NCBI GenBank assembly: GCA_951406725.2
Contig: OX597821.1
Coordinates: 72,540,001 to 72,604,000, forward strand
Length of the DNA: 64,000 nt
From: Octopus vulgaris
Taxonomy: Eukaryota
Reading direction: 5' to 3'
Shown: piece by piece, positions 1-12,690 of the stretch
Layout of the letters: each line of letters opens with the position of its first letter
How positions within the stretch are numbered: the stretch's first letter is position 1
Made by a program: the position numbers and the translations under genes
The notes under the pieces: generated by a model
Database searches by the model: none
Told to the model about the DNA's origin: nothing
The model's input: only the letters and a program-made list of their open reading frames with translations

Positions 1-85
1 ATATTTAAAAAAAAAAAAACCAAACTTTCCCGACCCAGTCGGTAACATCATTCTCGTTTCACCTTTACACTATGAAAAAAACTAG

Positions 86-163
86 GGCGTGGAGATGGCC
101 AGATACTTGGGCGAAATGCTTTTAGTTTGATAGGACATCGTTCCGGTTTCGAATCCCACTTTT
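86..163 (+). other. Degenerate tRNA-like sequence (pseudo-tRNA or SINE head)
   Basis: A-box-like GATGGCCAGATACTTGG and B-box-like GGTTTCGAATCCC at tRNA spacing, followed by a T-run; no clean cloverleaf. Confidence 0.3.
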
Positions 164-694
164 CAGTAAAAAAAAACAAAACAAATTAGCATTGATCTCA
201 TTCAAAAAGAAATGAGATATACGAAAGATAGCCATTTCCAAGTTCTTTAAGAAAATTTCTTCTTGTGGTTATTTGTTTATAGCCATGTCGCAATCTTCGT
301 CATTTTACAAAGTAATCACAATCATAGTTTCACCATATTGCTATTTTGTGGTAACAACCAATTTATCGTAAAAAGTTACTTTCTAAGACGCTATATTTAT
401 TATATTGATACAATTAATTTCATTTTACTGCTAGATAGCTATCATAGTTTCTGCTATTAATCAAAAACATTAACGGCAACTGAATATTTACATAAATGCC
501 GTTGATGCCCTCATTCAGTGGGGGAAATGTTTTAACTTCCTCTCTCCTATTATAAATGTACTAAATGCCTTTGGTAGAAATTACAAATTTTAAAAGTGAA
601 ATATTTTATAAGCTTTATAAATTCTAATGCTTTTCAAATTGCCCTCATTAGTAATAATTAGTTAAATAACATTTAATCTTTCAACTATTTTTAG

Positions 695-1360
695 TGATGA
701 AGTGACTTTTCACTTGAGCGGCACAGTGTGCGTTTTTGGGGGTACAGAGCACCCACATGAAACAGTTGAGCATGAAAGCGATTCTCCTAAAGTGAACGTC
801 TTCTGTGCTGTGTCTCAGGACCAGGTTTATGGTCCCTTTTTCTTTGAAGAATACACCATCACAGGACAAACCTATCTCGATATGCTCCAAAACTCTCTCT
901 TCGCTTCATTGCAAGCAGTTTCGCATGACTTCATTTTTCAACATTGGCGCCTGATGGTTCGAGCTTTTTTAAATGAAAAAGTGCGCCAGCGATGGATTGG
1001 CCGGAAAGGGGCCCAAGAGTTTGCTCTTTGTGCTTGGTCTGCGAGATCCCCAAACCTCACCGTATGTGATTTTTTTTTCTTGTGGGTTTATGTTCCACCG
1101 CTGCCCACTAACCTTGACTTTATCCATCGAATAACAACAGCGATCAACTCAGTTGATTGTGATAATACCTGTCTGGGAGAAACTCTCCTATTGCATTGAT
1201 GTTGCCCGTGCTACACAGGTGGTGGCCACATTGAACACTTGTAAGACAGGAAATAAAAGTTGATTGAGTAAATACTTGTGATTTAGCTGGAGTTTTCTAT
1301 TGCTTTTCCTTATTAAAATATTGCGTAATGAAATCGGTTCATTCTTTTTGAATAACCCTG
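695..1360 (+). mobile_element. Tc1/mariner-superfamily transposon, 3' remnant (decayed DDD/E transposase plus right TIR)
   Basis: ORF 702-1199 has KVNVFCAVS..VYGPFFF, ITGQTYLDML, RWIGR and WSARSPNLTVCDFF motifs; ends in a TIR-like AAATCGGTTCATTCTTTTTGAATAACCCTG. Confidence 0.85.
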
Positions 1361-1436
1361 CACACTAAAGCATTTAGTAGAAATTACAAATTTCTGTTTT
1401 AAGATATTTTATAAGCTTTATAAATTGCCCTCACTA

Positions 1437-1653
1437 GGTACCACTCGAGAACAGTGGTCCCAGTGCGCGCATTCGCGCTAGCTAGTCGATCCTACGAATA
1501 CCTAGCAAAGTAAATAAAACACAAAATAAATTTTGTTAAAGTAAATAATTTTTTAAGCAAAGTAAATAACACAAAAACACTAAGTAAGGATCGACTAGTC
1601 ATGACTAGCTAGCGCGGATGCGCGCACCGAGACCACTGTTCTCAAGTTTTACC
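1437..1653. mobile_element. Mutator-like (MULE) MITE, copy 1
   Basis: ~50-bp TIRs (GGTACCACTCGAGAACAGTGGTCCCAGTGCGCGC... / ...GCGCGCACCGAGACCACTGTTCTCAAGTTTTACC) flanked by 9-bp TSD CCCTCACTA (1428-1436, 1654-1662); the empty site is visible in the paralogous repeat at about 2015. Confidence 0.9.
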
Positions 1654-2139
1654 CCCTCACTAGTTAAATAGCAATCTTTCTACTGCAGGTGTAATTTTAT
1701 TAATTGGATCCTTTCTTATAAATTAAACGAAATAGAAACCTATTTATAAATGGAATCTTTATTATGATCAAAATGATCTTATACAGAAAGGGACATTACT
1801 AGACAAACAAAAATGTTATGAGTTTCATTTAAAAAAATTTATATAGAAATAATTTATATAACTATTAATTTATCCTTAGACTAGAACTTTTTTTTTTAAA
1901 GAAAGAAAAGGAATAAATGCAATATCCTCATCTCTCATTGAAGTTGTACACTTAGTACATTTAGTAGGAATTACAAATTTCTGTTTTAAAATATTTTATA
2001 AGCTTTACAAATTGCCCTCACTAGTTAAATAACATTTAATCTTTCTACTGCAGGTGTAATTTTATTAATTGGATCCTTTCTAATAAACTAAATAAGCGAA
2101 ATAGAAAGATATTTATAAAATGTGAAATCTGCTGCTCTC

Positions 2140-2416
2140 CTAGAAGCCGTCCATTGCGGTTGTAAAACAACGGGACGGTTGTGTGGAGTGCGCATGCTCG
2201 GCTGGTACAGTGCGCCGGAGAGACGTGCGAGTGTGACGTCAGGCGAAGGCCTGTTTGTTTCTATGACGTCAGAGGCAGCGTAGAGGCTCCTGGCTTCCCA
2301 GATGGCAGTGCGGTTTAGAAAACCTGACAATGTATGGTCGACCGCCATTCTGGTGGCTGAACTTCGGTCACTCGCTTGGCAGAAGTGCCGTAACCTAGGA
2401 GTATTCCATCGACCCA
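2140..2416 (+). promoter_or_regulatory. MED26 promoter/5' UTR: CpG-rich island with two CRE palindromes
   Basis: Local GC/CpG enrichment; TGACGTCA at 2234-2241 and 2264-2271; NRF1-like TGCGCATGCT at 2189-2198; YY1-like AGATGGC at 2300 and CGCCAT at 2343. Confidence 0.7.
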
Positions 2417-2479
2417 ATGCAGTTCTCTCCTATAGAGATAAAAGAGAGGCTTACAAGGGCTCTTGACGAAGACAACAAT
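2417..2479 (+). CDS. MED26: Mediator subunit 26, coding exon 1 (MQFSPIEIKERLTRALDEDNN)
   Basis: ATG at 2417; peptide matches the MED26 N-terminus (SPQQIRDRLLQAIDPQSN-type); phase-0 donor GTAAGA at 2480. Confidence 0.9.
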
Positions 2480-5400
2480 GTAAGAATTTCCTTTCTGGCG
2501 GGGAAAGAAACCCCTCGTTTTTCCATCCATAAATGAATCTCTTTGAGAATCCCATCCCTCCTCAGCAGCGAGGACATATTTGATGAGAGACGAGAATCAA
2601 AAAAATTATGAAAAGCTTCACGATTTCTCGGTTTTTATTTCTACCTGGGTTCCACAATTAGCTTAGTCGTCAAACATAACCATTCTACTACACGGATGTG
2701 GATCATTTATTATTCTTTTCTGCCCATAATTTATTCATTTTTGTCCATAAAAGAGAAAGAAGCCGAACCAGCTTTTTATCCCCCTCCATATTTCTGTTTA
2801 TTTTTTTCTTCCTTCCTCTTCTCTGCTGTAAAATCTTTTTGGAAAGGTACAAAAGCTAGAGCTTAACGGTTCACTCGAACCACTGTGTATATATAATAAA
2901 TACATGCACATAACATATATATAGACGTACATGCGTATATATACATACATGTCCATAATATAACAATGTCTATTTCTGATGCAGGTTGTGTATTTATTAT
3001 TCGTCTTTAAACTTTATTTTCTCATGTTTAGAAGTCGGGGCAAAAGCAATCAGATATTTTGTTATAATAATCTAACAATATTAAGTTTAAAAATAATAGT
3101 TGAAATTCTTATTCAGTTGTCGGAAGTTAATAATCTGCAATCTGCAAAATATTTAATGTTAGGGGTATTTTTTTTTCCTGTATGTTCCTGTTGAAATGAA
3201 ATTGTTGACTTATTTTTTTGTTAATTCTTTCCATCCATAGTTCTTCTTCTTAGCTTCGGGTTTCATATTTGAATTGCTGATTATTATAAGATCTCATTAA
3301 TATAATAAGCATTTACATGTGTGTGTGTGTTGAGGGTGAATTAGCAAAATAACGAGTATGTATCGTTTATATATTGTAGCGAGCTGTGGTGGCAATATAA
3401 TAATGACGAGCTTGTACATGTAATTAGGATGGAAATATTGTTTTAATTACAAATTAACAGAAGAGATAAAGTGCAAAAAAAAAGGTGTCTACATTTATTG
3501 TAACGTTTAAGAAATACATGGAGCTGATCCCTGACTTTGGAGCCATGTCTCCTTGCGTCTTGCTTTAATCTACGAAGCAGCAAAATTCAACATTTCATAT
3601 TTACTTAGGGCTGTTGTTTTAATTATTATTATTATTCTCGGTCTTGATTTTATAATTCGAAAGAAAAAAAAAATGTAAAGCTTTTGTTTTTGTCTTTTTA
3701 TTTGTAATTAAATTAAGCGAGGTGTTTTATTATTCAATGCTGGTAGACGGTTGTTGTGTGTGCCATGGTTTAATATGTTATGTGTGTGTGTATATATATA
3801 TTTATGTGTTGTGCTACATTAAACTATCGCCAGCAGGACTGATGCAGCGAACACACACACTCACACTGTTCCTCTCACTCTCTTGCTACTTCCTTATAAC
3901 CAGTGATGTGTGTGTGTGCAAGAGAGAGAGAGAGAAAGATAGACAGATAGTGAGTGAGTGAGTGCCAGAGACAAGCAGTGAGTTTGAGTGTCCTTAGACT
4001 TACATTTATATAGACGTGTGGTGGTGTGTATATAGATGTATGTGTGTGGTTGATGTTAGTATTACACGTTGTTAATGGTCGAGCCAAGACAAATTTTTCC
4101 CTCTAGCTGTTGTAGTACAATGCTTTTATTCACCTCACACGCTTCTACTGCCCGCATACACCATTTTTATATTATAAATTAACTCTAAGCATATTTAGAC
4201 ACAGCTCTTGATGGACTTTTAACATTTATCTCTAGCATATTCGCATATCCTTCAGAACTGCTAAATTGATTTCGTCTTTTACAAAAATAAAATAGGAAGG
4301 TGATATCAACGAATTAGACAACTTAGAATGTAATGGAAGGCTATTATTTGAATGTTAAATTTTGCTTTCGTTGTATTATTAGGTGAATATTTACACCCTC
4401 TACACACACACACACACACGACTCCCTTTTCAGTTTATTTCTTTTATTAATGTTTGTAATAGTTGAAGAGTGGATTTTTTTTGTAATGTAGAAGAGAAAG
4501 ATAAGACATTTGTATCTTACATATGTGAACGCTTGTTAGTTTTAAAAAAAAGACCAAAAATTATTATTACGCTTTTACTGCGTGTGTGAAATTAATTCTT
4601 CTCTCTTAATATATAACCTCACCACCAAGCTATCTAAAGGGGAAAATGCTCTATAAACACAGCAGTTTATCAGCATATTTCTCTTCCATTTTAACACCTC
4701 ATTGACATCAAATTAGAAATGTGAAATTTGATTTTTTTTCTTTTATTTTTTGTTCCCCCCCCCTGCATTTTATTTCTTTTGCCACGTTTTTTTTTTTTTT
4801 TTTTTCACGTAGGCAATATTTTCTGCAATAACTTAAACAAAGCACCATCATCAGCACAAAATTGAACGACGACCACTCGGCAACTTGTGTGTAAATCAGC
4901 TGATAAGTTTTCCTTGGGAGTTCACATACACGCAGTGAGGCTCACTCACACATATGGACAAGTTATGGGCTTCCCACTTTCTCCTCCTCATCCCCCCCAC
5001 TTCGCTTCTAGTAGTCGTATTGCATGCTTCACACACACACACCTCAGTATTACCGGTAATCTTTTGTTCTTTTTTCTTTTTTAAGTCTGTTGGCATAATC
5101 TGTTCGTAAGTCGGTGTCTCATCCATTCTCTTCATGCCGTATATGTTCATACCTCTTTGGGGGCTACTTGAAGTCGGATAACTACCTTCCTCATTGTTCC
5201 TATCCATTCGGATGGAAATATGATGCTCTACTATTATCACACAAGTTTGTGTTCGCCTTGTCTTCAAGAAGAATCTTAATGAGTCAGCTGTTTATAAGTT
5301 TGAAGGGAATAAACTTCTCGATTTCTATTAGCAGCATCAACTCCATCATTCATCCTCAAAGCATACAGTTTATATTTGTAGTCTTTGTACGTGACGTTTG

Positions 5401-5965
5401 TTTTTTGGTATCCCTTTTTTGTTTTAAGGATCTATCACAATGAAATATTAATATATAATTTTTCTGTAATAGATCTTATATTAGTAATATTTTCTGAACG
5501 TTTATAAGTTTATCAATAAGTAAAACATGCCTTGAGATATGGCTGTCCATTGATTTCATGTCAAGCTTGTAGCCATTCTTAGAACTAATTAAAATAAGAA
5601 CAAATTGATTTTAAAATTATAAAAAAAAAAAAAAAAACCTGTTAATATGTGCTGTTTGACCTTTTGAGCGAAAATATCTTCAGAAGCAGTTTCCAACAAC
5701 TTTTTAACATCTATTTGTATTCCCCCTTCCCGTTTTAAGTAATTTCTTCAGATTAATTTACTCTATCGTAATTAATTATTCTGCTAACTTCGGGTGAAAC
5801 TGTGTGTCTGTAAAATATATATATAAAATGTGTGTGTGTCTATATGTCAGAATACAATGGCTATTCGAGTTATTTATTGAATACTATGGCGATAACGTGA
5901 AAACCTACCGTGGCTTGCTTGCTACTATTGTTGTTTCTTGCAATAAATGCATTTTGTTTTATTGC

Positions 5966-6962
5966 CATCCAGCAAGAATTATTATTTCCAGTTTGATATA
6001 TCGTGTTGAATTTGGAGTCGCCATTAAATTATTTCCTACGGAGTTAACAGTACCAGTAATATAATGAATTCCACCTCTGCTCTAGTCTGAAGAGGAAAAT
6101 CGTTTAAATGTAAAAGGTTTAATTGTTCTGTGTCATATTGTTTTAATTATTTTAATTTTACCAATTTTGATAATGAGACCTGATAAATTATTAAACCCTT
6201 CCAGGTCTCAAGGTGAGTACTAATACCACTTCGAGTCCTACACCAAGCAATCAGCTCAAATAAGTTTCTAGTCTACTAATTAGACACTAAGGCTGGTTGA
6301 ATGACCCGAAATAACTATTAAACCTGTAATATTTGAATAAACTGATTATTTTAGAACACATTTATTTTATTTTATTTTTCGGCCTGAAAGGGGTTTTTTT
6401 CTCTCTCCAAATTTGCGGGTGATTTCTGGTCATAATTTTTGTAAACTTGAATTTGTTTTTTTTACTTTTCTACCCAAATATTCTTTATATCCAATTTACA
6501 CCTCTTTAAATTTCTCAGTTTAATGTTTTTTTTTCTTTTCCCATTTTAAAAATAGTTTTTTTCTTCACTTTGTAGTCAAATGTTTTCTCTCTGTAAAATT
6601 CGAAATTATCTCAGTGTTTCGCTGAGAAGTTTCATAGTTATTTCGGGTCATTCAACCAGCCTTGGTGTCTAATTAGTAGACTAGAAACTGTTAGTGTGAG
6701 CTGATGGTTCGGTGTTAGCATTCGAGTCGTATTTAGTACTCACCTTGAGACCTAGAAAGGTTTGATAATTTATCAGGTCTCCTCATCAGAATTAATTATA
6801 ACTAACAATAATTATAATCAGAGCAATTAAACCTTTTACATCAGACTAGAGAGGTGGAATTCAGTATATTACTGGTACTGTTAACTCTGTAGGGAAGTAT
6901 TTAATGGCGACTCCAAATTGAACACAATATATCGAATTAGAAATAGTAATGCCTCCTGGATG
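5966..6962. repeat. Long inverted repeat / fold-back element in MED26 intron 1 (arms about 5966-6320 and 6633-6962)
   Basis: Arms are reverse complements, e.g. TTTCTAGTCTACTAATTAGACAC(T)AAGGCTGGTTGAATGACCCGAAATAACTA vs its inverse at 6635-6690; ORFs 5804+ and 6861- both end in FGVAIK.FPTELTVPVI. Confidence 0.9.
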
Positions 6963-7659
6963 CCTTCTCTCATTGGGGAAATAGATTTGATTTCTGCTAT
7001 AATTAAGGAACTGTTTTCTCCACATTGGTGGTGAACGTCTCGCGATTGTTAAAATTACGTTACAATATAGACATGATGATGGCGGCTGCATCATGTTGGA
7101 TAATAAATGTTTTAATAAAAATAAAAAAAAATTGTTGCTGAAGATTAGCTCGGGTGAGACGTGAATTAAAAATATCCTGAAGGTAAGCGTAGGACACTTG
7201 GTGATGTGATGCTTTCAGAGACCGTTTCCTACTGCCACGGAAAATATTATTGGGAAGCTGATCTTATAATTTTAACTCTTGACTGGTCATATACATTTTT
7301 AGATGATAGGTGGAATCTTGATTCTCTATATGATGATCAGTCTGATTTTTAAAAAAATGCTGGGCTTTGTTTTAATTTGGCTTTTTCCACATGGGATATT
7401 AAATATGAGCAAGGAAAAAAAAAATGATAGGTGAATATTTTTGTTCGTTGTCTGTTTCACATTTGATGGATTTATTTAACTATACATACATGCACACACA
7501 TATATATATATATATATCAGCCGAAATTGGTAGGATGATCCGGTTCTTGACTGAAGATTGAAGGCCCGTCCGTGTTTTTTTTATCGTCTTCTAAATGTTT
7601 TACGTTCTTGTCCCAGTTTGTATTTTTCTACATATAAAATATATATATATATAGAAGGG

Positions 7660-8560
7660 TGGGGAAAAGCACAACCCCTCTCAGGCTGTGAGTGAAGTGT
7701 ATCTGTCACAAAACTTGCTCAGGACTGAATGATGATTCCACCCCAGCCCCCTCTTCGTTTTACGTCGTGTGTAAGGGATGATGTAGAAGCTGCACTTGAC
7801 TTGCTAGTCCCAGGGTCTCTAATTCCAGTTTTGTCATTTCATTGAGTTTTCAGATCTGTTTCACTTGTAGGAGGATATGATTTACTGAGCTGGAGGAAAT
7901 ATTTCATGAGAAAACAGAGAGCCTTCTTGAGATCCTGAGAAGACTTTACAGAATTTTTATGTTAAACTATTTTCTGGAATATTTTACAACTGATATTAAA
8001 ATGCTTTATTTTCTTGAGAGAAAATGTATTTTCTTCTGAATGGAAATCGTGATGATACTGGCAGTGGAGAGATTTATGGTGTCAACTGCTTCAGCTCTGT
8101 TCATATCTTGTCTTTTTCCTCTACAGTTGGTCAGGTGGAAACCTAACCTTTTGAAGCACATGCTTAGTTTGTCATTAAAGGTTTCATGTAATAGCCAATG
8201 ACCAGCCATTATGGGGCAGTGTCCTTTCTTTTCTGGATTACAGTTGGAAGTAACAAGGATCTGAACCTGCACTACTTGCTTTGCTTGTCTTCACTTGAAG
8301 ATAATAAAGCTAATTCAGATATAATCGCTTCCTTACAAAAAGAGGATTATACTTATTTAAAAAAAACAAACTTTTTCTCTCTTGTGGTTTTGATGGAGGA
8401 AACAGTCCAACCATTTGAAAATTAAGATGTTTTTTATCATCTTGGTATGATGAAAAACTATCAGTGATCTTCATAGCAGGAGTTTTGATATGAGGATGGC
8501 TCAAGGAATCAGTGTTTGTAATTTGTTCTAATAAATGGTCATGAAGTTTTGTCATTGGAG
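7660..8560 (-). mobile_element. Possible highly decayed non-LTR retrotransposon RT remnant
   Basis: Minus-strand peptides weakly resemble RT motifs (KGHCPIMAG ~ QGCPLSP; EEGAG/GGWG ~ EGGLG); many stops and frameshifts. Confidence 0.3.
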
Positions 8561-11500
8561 TGAACTTTGAATAAAAGTATTTGCTGTCCAGTAGAATTGG
8601 TCATTTTGGTTCAGATGTTTTTGGAAATATTTAGGCTAAAATTTGCTCCTCCCCCCTTCTACAAGCTGATCAAAAACTATGTGGATATTCAAATGGTTTC
8701 CTTGGATATTAGGATTTTAATCTAAAGTATATTGTTAGATAAGCTCTACTGTTTTAAAATAGCTTTTAAGAAAAATGTTTAATTGCTGTCATTTCAAAGA
8801 CATCTGTTAAATGATATTTAATTATGATTTAAAAAATTGTTTTGGTTACTTTGTATGCATGTCTGCACCAGCCAAAACCCCTCTGAGCATACAAAAAAAT
8901 AAAGCTTTTCAAATTCCATGTGACATTTCACAGCCATCCAGGCTCTGCCATAATGAGCTATGTGCTCCCTAATATAAATTAGAGATATATAAAGTGTTGA
9001 TGGCTCTACAGATAGCTTTCAAACGTTCATGTTCTTGCTTTGGGTTTTTTTCCCTTTCTTTTGCAATTAACTTCTGGTATTTCTGGCTTTTCTGTTAGTG
9101 ACATTGGTTTTGTATGTCTTAAGGCTATTTTCCTTTGGAGTTGATGATATCTTTATAAATAAAATTGGTGGCCTTTACCTACTAAATATTTGTAATAAGT
9201 TTATATCTGAGATTTTAGACAATCAACTTTTAAATGCTCAATCTTATTATACTTTCTAAATGTTCATTGCTTAAACAAGTTTGCTTGTCTTGCAGTTATT
9301 GATATGATGTTCAAGTCACTGTCAGCAATTTGAACTTGCAGTCACTGGTTTTCTCTAGGTGCTAACCAAAAGCCATATGATTTCTCTTGGAGTTCAATGT
9401 TAATTCCACTTCATTGTGTAATATGTAATGGGTGTGTGTTGAATTTAGTTAAAGTTAGCTTAAAAGTAGCAGGAGTGTTTGTTTTCCTGGTTTTGCTTAA
9501 ATAATGTGAATATATTTTATATTCTAATTTTGTAAGGTGCATTTCTTTTATAGATTTTTTTCATTATTATTAATAATGAATTATCCAGATTTCTATAGTT
9601 TATTTCTGATGTAATTTCCTGTAAATAAACATGAATACTTTGGTCAAATGTGTCCATGAACTAAGATATTGGATTATCAACCCCACTCGGCTAACCTTGT
9701 TGTTCACAGTAAAACTTATGAAAATTTGATTAAAAATCTTGCTGCTCTTGTACTCTTTATATTGTGTCAGTGTTTGTAAGGTAATTCTTGGGGTTTTTCT
9801 CAAGTTGATATAAAAAAAAAAATTTGTCCTTTTCTTCTCATGTTCTTTTAATAGTGTTCACTTTTACTGTGTATGAGTAGGTGATAAGGATGTGTATTTT
9901 GGGGCCATGTGTTGGCAATAATCTAGGTCATTATAGATAATATATTGATGTGACAACGGTCTACTTAGACCTATGTTGCTTCACCTGTCCAGGTGAAACC
10001 CCCACCATTAGCCAAGGATTGAACCCTACTATCATTTACTTCATTACCATTACCATTTTGTTGACGAGAAATTTTGTTTTTTTTTCCTTTTTCTGTCATT
10101 CTAGAAATTTTCTACAAAAGTATTAGCTTTTCTTCAAATGCCTTGTTAATGTTTTGAAATTAAAAAAAATTTTTTTTTAAAGTTTTATATGGGATGTAAA
10201 AAGACTTTCAATTCAAGTATTGCAACTTTTTAAAATGCAATTAAACTTTTCATTTCAAAATAAAATTCTATCAGATGGCATCTGGAATTTTGTAATGAAA
10301 TCTATTAAATGAATGTTGCTTTATTGGAAATAATTTCTGAATCCTGGCACATTAGCAAGTTTCACCATACCTTAACCCTTAATTTTAACCGTTTGGTTTA
10401 CTACTCCTGAAATAGCTGCTGTACTTTTGATTCTTGATTTATTTAAAAATATGTTTCTCTTTTTGTATTGTTTAGTATTTTCTGACCAAAATAATCTGAC
10501 TTTCACTGTTTTATGAATGTTAGAAAACCTGTTTTGCAGTTTAGAAGGCTCAGAAATGTCCTTTTTTAGGATTTTAAAAATGTAAACTTTCTGGTCCTTA
10601 ACAAAGATGCTTTGCATATCTTTATTTCTTCAGTAAGATTTTTTTTCTTGCAGAAGGTACAATGTTGATTGTAATGAAAGAAATGGCATAATAATCACTG
10701 TTAAACTAATGTAGTTTAAATTAGAAAATTACTATTTTTAAATCTCACGAGAGATATTCAACAACAGTACTTTAGAGTAAAGATTGTTTGTTACAACATA
10801 ACATGCAATCCTGGTTTAGGATGAATGTTGCTGTAATTTAGCCTCAGTAAGCCTTGTAAATTCTAATGCCTTTTGTGTATTAAATTCTGAGTACAGAATA
10901 TAAATTTGGCAAAAATGGAAATGAAATTGCCATGTGAATTTGAAGGCCTGGCTATTCACAGAGTTGATGTTAGAAATGAAAATCCCCGAACATTGTTTAC
11001 AGGAGTGAAAACAGCTGGTATTTCTAGATATCTGATCATCAGAATAGATGGTAATGAAAGGAGCAAGTGAAATATTTCAAACTATGAGCTAAATTGAAAT
11101 TAGGTTTAAAATGAGTTGAGGCAGTTTTGGAAAATGTTATATTTCAATGTGGGTGTGTGTGTGTGTGTGTGGAGTTGCAGAAATATACACCTTGATATTT
11201 TATAGAAATTGGTACCAATTCTATTAAAACAATTTTCCTCAAATGTTCAAGTTTGGAACCAAACTTTGAATTATAACAAAGCTAAGATTTTTTGCTTCTT
11301 GTGTTAGTAGTGTCCATCTGCTGGTTCTACAAATTTAGATATTTGTAAGTTGTGATTATCAAACAATCAGCTGGGTGAAGTAAGGATGATATCTAGCAGA
11401 GTATAACAAACTTTTTTTAGTATTACAAAGCCTATCTTATAGAATTGGATAACCTATACAGTTTATTGGTAGTATATTGGTGAATTGAATGTCAGTTACA

Positions 11501-12597
11501 AATAGTGTAAAGTGTTTTAATTACTTATTTGAACAATTTGTTTAGTTCCATTATATTGTCTTTCGTTTGACAAGCCAATTAAAGCATCTTTATAACCCTT
11601 GACATTTGCAGGTCTTGCTAGGAATAGCTATTAGAATCTCCTCCAGTAACCTTGCTATCTTAAAAGTACATGTTTGTATAGTCTTAGCTATTTCTAAAAA
11701 GACAATGATTAAGGGTGGAATACCTTTGATCATAGATTGGCTCAACTGTTGTTAGCCAATTACGAATTTATTGCATTTGATAGCATGAAAAACATACCCC
11801 AGTTTCAGCAACACGCATTCAGGGAAATCTTTATGGCATTTAGAGCATGCCATATAGAGGTCCACCTTAACATGTTCGATCTGGTGTGACTTTTTGAGAC
11901 ACATTCTCTTGGGAAAATATGCATCTTATATGCCATCAGATATGGTAATTGTTTCTAACTTATTTATTCAATAAATAATGGAATTTTTATTTATTTTGAG
12001 CTTTAAAAAAACAAAAAAAAACTCATAGTTTGAAATATTTCACTTGCTGAAGAAAAATTAGTTGGGTTTCCTTTGATTTCTACATCTGATAGATCAGGGC
12101 TGACCAAAGGCAAACAATTTTCAGAAATTATTTTTTTCCTTTTTTATTTAATTTTGTATCATAGTTGTTACAATGAACACCTTGTTATTTAGAATTCTAT
12201 TTCTTTCCCTTCTAAAAGTGAGTTGTATGATCTTCAAGGTTTCAGAATTTTAACACCTACTTTAAAGATTAATAGAGATCAGTATTAATTCTTTAAAAGT
12301 GTTTTTTTGTTTGTTTTTAAACTTCAATTTGTACCTTTTAGAAAACAGGTCAAGTAAATTTCAATAAAACCAGTCTTCAAAAGTTTTGACAATTTAAGTG
12401 CCCCCCCTTTTTTTTTAGATGTTTAATCCTTGTATATAATTAAATGTTGATTGATTTTTTTTTCTTTCTTTTTATACTATATCTGTATTGACATGCAAAT
12501 TACTTTTGCTGTAATTATACTAACCTTAAAACTATTGGAGTGGCTCTCATTGTTAAACTGGTATAGAAACTGTGTTGTGGGATAGAAAAGATTTAAC

Positions 12598-12690
12598 CCT
12601 TTAGTGTTCAGATTACTCTGTTAAATGTAATACTTTTCCACTCAAATGTTTTGAATTAATCATGCATTATCTTATATCTTTGAGGTTTTA
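12598..12690 (+). mobile_element. piggyBac-like MITE, 5' fragment
   Basis: TTAA-CCCTTTAGTGTTCAGATTA..., same family as the complete copy at 30772-30990. Confidence 0.7.

Larger units (their letters stand above)
540..2122 (+). repeat. Three diverged direct copies of a ~150-200 bp AT-rich unit (about 540-690, 1361-1752, 1930-2122)
   Basis: Shared text TAG(A/G)AATTACAAATTT...ATATTTTATAAGCTTTA(T/C)AAATT...GCCCTCA(T/C)TAG...TTAAATA; copies 2 and 3 continue with CTTTCTACTGCAGGTGTAATTTTATTAATTGGATCC. Confidence 0.85.

Noticed and set aside
2088-2577. Antisense ORFs over the MED26 promoter
   Set aside because: A by-product of the GC-rich promoter; no homology or splice support.
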